Made by a program: the position numbers and the translations under genes. Shown here piece after piece: positions 58,182 through 64,000 of a stretch of 64,000 bases of DNA. Under the pieces are notes generated by a model. The model was given only the letters and a program-made list of their open reading frames with translations. It ran no database searches and was not told the DNA's origin. Position 1 is the stretch's first letter, and each line of letters begins with the position of its first letter. The DNA comes from Candidatus Saccharimonadales bacterium (GTDB taxonomy: Bacteria; Patescibacteriota; Saccharimonadia; Saccharimonadales; UBA4665), in contig DATKHB010000027.1 of the NCBI GenBank assembly GCA_035510455.1, positions 373 to 64,372 on the forward strand. The letters run 5' to 3'.

Positions 58182-58249
58182 TTAAGTTTGATTTTTACGG
58201 GTTAGGCTGATATGATGACCTCTGTTCTAGGCTTCATTATTTATACTAT

Positions 58250-58326
58250 GGGCTCGTGGTGTAGTGGCCTAACATGCCTCCCTGTCACGGAGGAGATCGC
58301 CGGTTCAAATCCGGTCGAGCCCGCCA
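58250..58326 (+). tRNA. tRNA-Asp (anticodon GTC), CCA encoded
   Basis: Acceptor GGGCTCG/CGAGCCC. Anticodon stem CCTCC/GGAGG with loop CTGTCAC. T-arm GCCGG-TTCAAAT-CCGGT. Discriminator G followed by CCA. Confidence 0.88.
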
Positions 58327-59784
58327 ATCTGCATTTTGAGAGCACTCTGCGATTACATCAAAGGGTGCTTTTAGATTAGAAACGAGCTTTTTATCGTGTA
58401 TTTCCAAGTTAGATAGTAGAAACCGCAATAGCTTTGATTTTAAGGCTGCTTTCGAACTTTGGAACAACTTAGGGGCTTTTGCAGCTATCTCTAACAGATA
58501 CGAGCTGGTCAACATAAAGGATTTGTCGTTATGCGTTAGGCTCATTAGCTGCTCGTCTAATTGCTCTTGCCGAGCCTTATAGTCTTTAACATATTCGTCA
58601 TAGTCAGTGAGAGTAATACGCCCGTCGAGCCTGTCCTCGTATAAAACACGCAGCTTTTTCTGTATTGTGTCGTATTCGGCACGGGTTTGTTCTATGGCGT
58701 TGGCGTAGTAAAGCTGCTGGTTATCGTGGTGCTTACGCAGCTCGTCAATCACATAACTGATTATGTCCTCGTTCATTTCCAGCTTGCCGACAAGCTCGGC
58801 TATCTGTGGCACAAGCTCACTTTCTTTGATATGCACCTGTTTGCACGGACCTTTGCCCTTGCTGCAATGCATATAAACCTTACCTTTGGCCGTATAGGAC
58901 GACACACTACAACCGCAACTACCGCATTTGAGCAGCCCGTTAAACGTGTAATCGGTAGCTTGGGTCTTAGTTTTGTTATTGGTGCGTTGGTCATTTACTG
59001 CTTGCACTTTATCGTATAGCTTACGGCTGATAAGCGGTTCATATTTGTGTGTGTAGAGTTTGTTGCTATATCGCATAACGCCGTGATAGAACGGGTTTTT
59101 AAGTATCTGCTCGACGTGGCGTTGGCACATCAGGTTTTGCTTTGGCGTATTGTTCCGTAAGCCTTGCTCACGCAACTCGGCGGCAATGGCACGATATGGC
59201 TTACCAAGTGACCGCATTTGAAAGGCTTTAATTATATACGGTGCTCTGGCAGCGTCTTGCACAATGGTCGTTTCTTTATCGCTAATACGCTGATTAAGAT
59301 AGCCAATGGGTGCTTTACCAGGCCACTCGCCGTCATGTAGCTTTTGCTCAAAGCGACGCTTCACGTTATCTCTAATGCTGTCGGAGTAGTATTTTGCCAG
59401 CACAACTCCAATACCGAGCCTAAACAAGTCGGACGCTGGCGAGTTTTTGTGAACAAACAAATTGTCCGACGGAAAGTGTAACTCTATTTTGCCAGCCTCA
59501 CGCAGCTTGTTCAGTGCTTTTACCTCGTTTTGGTGCAAGTCACGGCTAAAGCGGTCTATCTTGTCAAAGACGACAATGCTTTCTGCTGGATATGCCTGAA
59601 TTGCTTTTACAATCTCTGCAAACTCGGTTCGAGTGTCCTTGTAGGCTGTTTCGTCAAACTCAAATAACTCGTAATCATAGCCTTGCTGCTCGGCGTATGC
59701 CTTAATTCGCATTACCTGGGCAGGTAAGGCTTGGCGTTGGTCTACGTCCGATACTCTGGCTATCAAAAATGCTTTAGTTTTCAT
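58285..59784 (-). CDS. large serine recombinase (integrase)
   Basis: N-terminal resolvase catalytic domain (AFLIARVSDVDQ, IVVFDKIDRFSRD), recombinase domain, zinc ribbon (CGSCGCS...HCSKGKGPC) and a coiled-coil region. The last 14 codons are antisense to tRNA-Asp. Confidence 0.88.
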   Translation of the reverse strand: MKTKAFLIARVSDVDQRQALPAQVMRIKAYAEQQGYDYELFEFDETAYKDTRTEFAEIVKAIQAYPAESIVVFDKIDRFSRDLHQNEVKALNKLREAGKIELHFPSDNLFVHKNSPASDLFRLGIGVVLAKYYSDSIRDNVKRRFEQKLHDGEWPGKAPIGYLNQRISDKETTIVQDAARAPYIIKAFQMRSLGKPYRAIAAELREQGLRNNTPKQNLMCQRHVEQILKNPFYHGVMRYSNKLYTHKYEPLISRKLYDKVQAVNDQRTNNKTKTQATDYTFNGLLKCGSCGCSVSSYTAKGKVYMHCSKGKGPCKQVHIKESELVPQIAELVGKLEMNEDIISYVIDELRKHHDNQQLYYANAIEQTRAEYDTIQKKLRVLYEDRLDGRITLTDYDEYVKDYKARQEQLDEQLMSLTHNDKSFMLTSSYLLEIAAKAPKLFQSSKAALKSKLLRFLLSNLEIHDKKLVSNLKAPFDVIAECSQNADWRARPDLNRRSPP

Positions 59785-59834
59785 ATGTGTCCCTTCTCTT
59801 TAATTATATAACATTTAGTAACAACAAGTAACAA

Positions 59835-60962
59835 TTATAAATTGCCCTTAATCTGGTCCATGTGGGTAGGTTCAAACTGCTCAAGCATTGTATTTATGCC
59901 GAGTATTGTTTTGTATTGAACCTTTTTAGGCTGCTTAGTAAGCGGCTTTAGCCTGGACCAAGCGTGTTTGCCAAAACGGTCCTCAAACATTGTCCTAACG
60001 TGCCGCTGCTCACTCTTGGTTAGGAGCAACATCATACCGAGCCGTGCGGCTGCCTGTGTTGGCCCTGTAAGCCCATCTGACTGCAATATGTTGGCCAGCA
60101 GCTTGTCGGGGTCGTCGGTATCTAGTGCTAGCTTTGGTAAGTTGCTAAAAAAGTTTTGCCAGTGGTGTTGCAGCAGTGCCTTTGACAGGGTGACAGAGTA
60201 AACGCTCTTAAAGGTTAATGGTTTATCAAAACCGACGGCTGCTAAAGCGTCTGTAATCTTTCTTTTGCCATTTAGCCTTACCTCATACCGCATAACTGCA
60301 ACGGGCTGTTGCCGAGCTAACTGGTCTAGCAAGTCGAGCTGCACAAAGTTATCTTTTTCTTGTGCTCGCTTTTCGCTGGTCTTGGCTTGCCGCAAGTCTG
60401 CCAGCTTGTCGTAAATAGCAATGTCTAACGAGTTAGTATGGACGTGTAACACATAACCGCCATTACGAAAGTTAGTATCTTGCACGTCGTAGGTTTTGCT
60501 TATATCAGCGGTGCGTAACATTTGCAGAACAGCCGAGCAGGACGTGTAATCGTTAAACACAAAGTTTTTGCTGTAATGCAAAGCCCGAACATCTGCCGTT
60601 TCAAGCTGTTTTGTAAAAAGCCAAACGCCCATTTCTTTAAGCGTTTCCTGTAACTGCTTAATGACCAGGTTATAGTCTGCGTCGGTTAGCTCATCAAAGT
60701 TGTTGCCAAACGCAATCTTAGGCAGAGACAGCTCAATCGCAAGTTCATAGGCAGCTCGTTTGTAGCCTCTTGGTCGCTGGGTATATGTCAGGCGAGGCTG
60801 GTATTTACCGAGCTTTTTAAACGCTGCCGATGGGTTAGCAACAGCCTTAAAGTAGCCATAGTAGTCGGGTCTACAAGCGTCAAGCGTCGGCTGAAAGTTG
60901 GCCCGTGAGTAAAGCGGTTTGTCCATTTTTATCACTAGCTTTATGGTGTCTATCATTTTCAT
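59835..60962 (-). CDS. putative replication initiation protein (phage/plasmid gene II/X-like)
   Basis: The MIDTIKL N-terminus and the LSLPKIAFGNNFDEL segment recall the II/X Rep family from memory only. The ATG at 60962 has an AAGGA SD. The track ORF starts at 60995. Confidence 0.4.
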   Translation of the reverse strand: MKMIDTIKLVIKMDKPLYSRANFQPTLDACRPDYYGYFKAVANPSAAFKKLGKYQPRLTYTQRPRGYKRAAYELAIELSLPKIAFGNNFDELTDADYNLVIKQLQETLKEMGVWLFTKQLETADVRALHYSKNFVFNDYTSCSAVLQMLRTADISKTYDVQDTNFRNGGYVLHVHTNSLDIAIYDKLADLRQAKTSEKRAQEKDNFVQLDLLDQLARQQPVAVMRYEVRLNGKRKITDALAAVGFDKPLTFKSVYSVTLSKALLQHHWQNFFSNLPKLALDTDDPDKLLANILQSDGLTGPTQAAARLGMMLLLTKSEQRHVRTMFEDRFGKHAWSRLKPLTKQPKKVQYKTILGINTMLEQFEPTHMDQIKGNL

Positions 60963-61224
60963 CACGTCCTTTAAAAAGTTGTTGGCACTTTTCAATCACT
61001 GCTTGCTCAATCAGCTTGCCAACGTCCCTGTTTATAGGGTGGTAGAGGTTTAACTCTTTGTTGCCGAGCTTTTTGGTCGGGTATGTAATCCGAAGCGTGC
61101 CGTCTAAGCGGCTATGTACGCCAATAGAGCCGAGGTAGAGGCTGTCATCTATGACTACGCTGGCAAACGCTACTAAACCGTTATTTGGCTTTACAGGCAC
61201 TACGTTTACCTCGCTAACTAACAT
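60880..61224 (-). CDS. SpoVG-family protein
   Basis: VNVVPVKPNNGLVAFASVVIDDSLYLGSIGVHS...ITYPTKK...LYHPINRDVGKLIEQAVIEK aligns by eye with the SpoVG core (..[20 protein letters not shown]...FVAMPSKR...DIAHPIN...). GAGG SD before the ATG at 61224. The 3' end overlaps the Rep start by about 83 nt. Confidence 0.6.
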   Translation of the reverse strand: MLVSEVNVVPVKPNNGLVAFASVVIDDSLYLGSIGVHSRLDGTLRITYPTKKLGNKELNLYHPINRDVGKLIEQAVIEKCQQLFKGRDENDRHHKASDKNGQTALLTGQLSADA

Positions 61225-61522
61225 TGCAATCCTCTTGGCACTCTGGCGTTTTGCACGGGCCTTCAAGTAGCAAGCTAATGTAGGCTCTTATTGCTCGCAT
61301 TTGTTTATGGTCTAGCTCGCTGATTAACGACCTAATATGGTTTGAGGTTGCTTGGCTGCCGATAATGGCTCGCAAATAACCCTCTGCTTCTTTAGCAATC
61401 TGCTCAACCTCATCTATTTCGGCGTTCCAAATAATCATCTTGGCAGCTTGTAGGCGGCACTCATTGCACCAGGCTAAAACCGTGTCAGCTATTGCTTGTT
61501 TGCTCTCATCGCTCATTTTCAT
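61214..61522 (-). CDS. hypothetical protein (element)
   Basis: 102 aa from the ATG at 61522 (AAAGGA upstream). The track ORF extends to 61561. No family recognised. Confidence 0.4.
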   Translation of the reverse strand: MKMSDESKQAIADTVLAWCNECRLQAAKMIIWNAEIDEVEQIAKEAEGYLRAIIGSQATSNHIRSLISELDHKQMRAIRAYISLLLEGPCKTPECQEDCNVS

Positions 61523-61673
61523 CAATCCTTTCTTGCTCTTTAAGTTCCAGGTCCATTTCAATTAGCACGTCAAAGTAGCCAACTAAGTTGGCTGTTGCCA
61601 GTTCGTCTCGACCAAGCTCGGCAATAAAGTCTTGCAAAGCGACGGGGTTAGGTTGCTGGTTACTTTGGTGCAT
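61506..61673 (-). CDS. 55-aa acidic hypothetical protein (below the ORF-track cutoff)
   Basis: Hand translation gives MHQSNQQPNPVALQDFIAELGRDELATANLVGYFDVLIEMDLELKEQERIDENER. It overlaps the next gene's start by 17 nt. No clear SD. Confidence 0.25.
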   Translation of the reverse strand: MHQSNQQPNPVALQDFIAELGRDELATANLVGYFDVLIEMDLELKEQERIDENER

Positions 61674-61733
61674 AGTAACCATTAAGACGACCCTGTCGTT
61701 TAACAGAGTTTAAACTGGTGGAAAACTACGTTT

Positions 61734-62906
61734 TTACAGATTAGAGAGGTAGTTTGGATTTATATAGACCCTGTAATCCAAGAGCACAAAAAACTCGACC
61801 ATTTGACCTTTTGTAGCAACGGCTATTTTGCCGTTTAAGGCCGTGATGTAACCTTTGATAATGCTATTAAACTGTTCTTCATTGCCGTCCATATCAAGCC
61901 GCATACCAAAAGCCTCAAGCATAAAGTCCGCAATGTCCCACTTTTTGACAAAGTTAGCTACTGAGCTAACAAATAAGTCCACGAACTTTGCCTGTTTTGA
62001 GCTACGTTGAACATCTACCTCATAACCTTTAAGCACTAGTTTTGAGCTTTCATATCTAAACCTTGCGTCGGCAAAGGCAATCTTTGACAGGCCACTAGGT
62101 AGCTGGTTCTTAATCAGGCTCTTTACCTTTGCCAACTCGCTGCGGGTGGCGTGTAATTCGGTAAACAGTAGGTCGAGCTTTGCCGTGCTTATAAGCTGGT
62201 AATCGTCGTTAATCCGCTTTGTGCGGCTGGTATCGCTAACAATGGCAACATTGCCGTCACGGTCAATAACATCTATCACATCAACGTCAATTACCTCTGT
62301 TGGCGTAAACCGTGCCAGGCTCATACCGAGTGAGGCTATATCAACACTAAGAGCCTTAATAATCCTGTCGCTAAAGAGTTGCATATCGGCAAACAGGCTG
62401 CGGGTTATATTGGTGGCATTTATGGCTTGAGCAAATGATTGGCTGGCAAGTATACCTGTAACGGCTAGGCTTTTCTGCAAACCGACAAGCTGTCGGCTCG
62501 GTAATATAAGGTTTGAGCGTAGGGTGTCGGTAGCAAGTGCCATTTTGCTAATATCCTCTAAGATACGGCTCGTTGGTAGCATATTTATCGCCCTAAACAC
62601 TGCCGTAAAGTCGTATTGTGCATTGAGACGTGACATAAGCTCGGCTGCCATTTTATCGGCCTGTTCAAGCTGCTTTAGCTGTGTTGGTGTAAGTAGATTA
62701 GGGTCTTTTTTGGCTAATTCTTGCCACTCACGCAGGGTTAAGCCTTTGTGGTATTTAGGGTTGTCAAGGTTTAAGATATGAGGCTTTGACGTAACAGTAA
62801 GCTCAACGGGCTTTGTCTCTCGTTGCTTTGGCGATGACTTACGAGCCGCTTTAGGTTGCGGCTTTTTATTGGGTTTATCAGGCTGTTTGTCGTATTTTTT
62901 CATCAC
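61734..62906 (-). CDS. hypothetical protein with Lys/Pro-rich N-terminus (element)
   Basis: 390 aa; the N-terminal 40 aa are KP-rich and basic. No motif recognised. First gene of the minus-strand block. Confidence 0.5.
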   Translation of the reverse strand: MMKKYDKQPDKPNKKPQPKAARKSSPKQRETKPVELTVTSKPHILNLDNPKYHKGLTLREWQELAKKDPNLLTPTQLKQLEQADKMAAELMSRLNAQYDFTAVFRAINMLPTSRILEDISKMALATDTLRSNLILPSRQLVGLQKSLAVTGILASQSFAQAINATNITRSLFADMQLFSDRIIKALSVDIASLGMSLARFTPTEVIDVDVIDVIDRDGNVAIVSDTSRTKRINDDYQLISTAKLDLLFTELHATRSELAKVKSLIKNQLPSGLSKIAFADARFRYESSKLVLKGYEVDVQRSSKQAKFVDLFVSSVANFVKKWDIADFMLEAFGMRLDMDGNEEQFNSIIKGYITALNGKIAVATKGQMVEFFVLLDYRVYINPNYLSNL

Positions 62907-62936
62907 GTCTTTCCAAAAACTACACTATCGCAGCTA

Positions 62937-62972
62937 CTCACACTCTTGTATGATAATGGTATCAAGTGTGAG
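62937..62972. promoter_or_regulatory. imperfect inverted repeat in the element's divergent control region
   Basis: CTCACACTCTTG (62937-62948) pairs with CAAGTGTGAG (62963-62972) and flanks TATGATAAT. The 3' arm overlaps the GAGG SD of the HTH gene. Confidence 0.3.
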
Positions 62973-62977
62973 GTTAT

Positions 62978-63163
62978 ATGTCACAAAAAGATTTACCAGA
63001 ATTGCTAACACTAAAACAGGCTTGCGAGCTATTGCAGGTGCACCCAAACACGCTGCGTAACTGGGATAAGTCTGGCACGCTCAAGGCTATTCGTATTGGT
63101 GAACGTGGTTTACGACGCTACAGAAAAGCTGATTTATTAAAGTTTACGGAACATAAAAAATGA
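62978..63163 (+). CDS. excisionase-family / MerR-like helix-turn-helix DNA-binding protein
   Basis: 61 aa. LTLKQACELLQVHPNTLRNWDKSGTLKAIRIGERGLRRYRKADL is the typical HTH_17/excisionase pattern. Confidence 0.75.
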   Translation: MSQKDLPELLTLKQACELLQVHPNTLRNWDKSGTLKAIRIGERGLRRYRKADLLKFTEHKK

Positions 63164-63831
63164 AACTTATAGACACAAAGCCAGGCGAGTTAAAAGCAAA
63201 ACTTGATAAATATCTATCCCAGGATAGCAAATATAAAGCAGTTTTTGAGTATACAAAAAAGCGATTTGATGAGGCTGGACATTTACCTGCTCACAACTGG
63301 GCACACGCTTATCGGGACACTCTTAATGCTATTGTTGTTGGCGAAGCAGAAGGTGCAGACATGGCCATTGTGCTACCAGCAATAACAATGCACGATATAG
63401 GCTTTCTGTATGGTGCTACTGGTAGGACGCACGGGGCTGTTGGTGCAGACAAACTAGCAGAGTATTTGCAGGAAGGCGGCATTGAGTACCCGCAAGACAC
63501 AGTCGAAAAGATGGCAGACTGTATCCGCACGCACAAAGGTAGTATGCACAACGAAAAACCAGAAAGCCTAGAAGCAAAAACTGTTGCTGACGCAGATTTG
63601 CTTGAAAAGTTTGGTCCGTTTGGTGTGTATCAAAATATCCGTACTTTTACCGAGTTTAACTGGCCGTTGGAACAATCACTTGAACGACAGACAGAGATTT
63701 TTACCCTTACCCTTGAGACCGAGACTGGTAAACGGCTTGCCGAACCAGGTAGACAATTTGTCGCTAACTTTTATAAAGAATTGGCCGAAGCATACGAGCC
63801 ATATCAGGAGCAAAATAATGTCGGATACTGA
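63160..63831 (+). CDS. HD-domain phosphohydrolase
   Basis: H..H (HNWAHA), HD (ITMHDIGF), RTHKG and DADLLEK motifs; 223 aa. ATGA overlap with the upstream gene. Confidence 0.7.
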   Translation: MKLIDTKPGELKAKLDKYLSQDSKYKAVFEYTKKRFDEAGHLPAHNWAHAYRDTLNAIVVGEAEGADMAIVLPAITMHDIGFLYGATGRTHGAVGADKLAEYLQEGGIEYPQDTVEKMADCIRTHKGSMHNEKPESLEAKTVADADLLEKFGPFGVYQNIRTFTEFNWPLEQSLERQTEIFTLTLETETGKRLAEPGRQFVANFYKELAEAYEPYQEQNNVGY

Positions 63832-64000
63832 ACAAATCAACCAACTACTTAATGCAGCTAAGACCACACTAGACTTTGGCGATAACCAAAACCATACAGT
63901 TGCAGCCGCAGTCTTATCAGATACGGGCAAGGTTTATACTGGGTTAAACCTATTTCATTTTACAGGTGGCCCGTGTGCTGAAATAGCTGCATTGACGGCG
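63818..64000 (+). CDS. cytidine/deoxycytidine deaminase-like protein, N-terminal fragment (runs off window)
   Basis: Hand translation gives MSDTEQINQLLNAAKTTLDFGDNQNHTVAAAVLSDTGKVYTGLNLFHFTGGPCAEIAALTA, which includes the (P)CAE zinc/catalytic motif of small CDA-type deaminases. CAGGAG SD upstream. Not in the ORF track because no stop lies within the window. Confidence 0.6.
   Translation, partial: MSDTEQINQLLNAAKTTLDFGDNQNHTVAAAVLSDTGKVYTGLNLFHFTGGPCAEIAALTA

Larger units (their letters stand above)
58285..64000. mobile_element. left end of an integrated element abutting or entering tRNA-Asp (right end outside window)
   Basis: Starts at the tRNA 3' end. Contains a large serine recombinase, a Rep-like gene, an excisionase-like HTH gene and several orphans. 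Gene polarity switches to a block of minus-strand genes. No att duplicate is visible within the window. Confidence 0.7.

Noticed and set aside
58242-58247. TATACT box just upstream of tRNA-Asp as its promoter
   Set aside because: It ends only 2 nt before the mature tRNA 5' end, which is too close for a normal transcription start. The tRNA is more likely processed from a longer transcript.

Overview
Densely packed bacterial chromosome segment using the standard code (TGA is a stop at well-defined gene ends). It is moderately AT-rich. The gene content is almost entirely information-processing genes, with many membrane-anchored orphan proteins and a type IV pilus (T4P) cluster that has no secretin. 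This resembles a reduced Patescibacteria/CPR genome, plausibly Saccharibacteria; that assignment is inference only. Layout: (a) 1-37.3 kb holds ordinary core genes: dnaG-rpoD, polA, mutM-holA, rpsT, truB-rpsO-pnp, a family-4 UDG, RNase J, ftsK, rpsF-ssb-rpsR-efp-tlyA, a Crp-family regulator, ychF, a MacB-type ABC exporter, a P-type ATPase and an HtrA-like protease. (b) 37.4-43.2 kb is the most unusual part. Behind a strong promoter sit an untracked 46-aa membrane micro-ORF, a 436-aa protein, a TPR-like membrane anchor and a 1214-aa protein. The two large proteins share the same six-copy blade-like repeat (TP[ND]GxGYW...FG[DN]A..YG). The module ends 51 nt upstream of pilM. (c) 43.2-54.9 kb is a complete retractile T4P cluster: pilM, N, O, B, T, C, major pilin, pilD and four minor-pilin-like genes. 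(d) 54.9-58.3 kb carries a Xer recombinase, ndk, tRNA-Arg(CCT), a PH-domain protein, a parvulin and tRNA-Asp(GTC). (e) 58.3-64.0 kb is one end of an integrated element abutting tRNA-Asp. It encodes a large serine recombinase whose last 14 codons (13 residues plus the stop) are antisense to the tRNA, a putative II/X-type Rep, a SpoVG-like protein, orphans, an excisionase-like HTH protein, an HD protein and a cytidine deaminase. The element runs off the window. No CRISPR array and no rRNA were seen. All family calls rest on motifs read by eye; no database search was possible.
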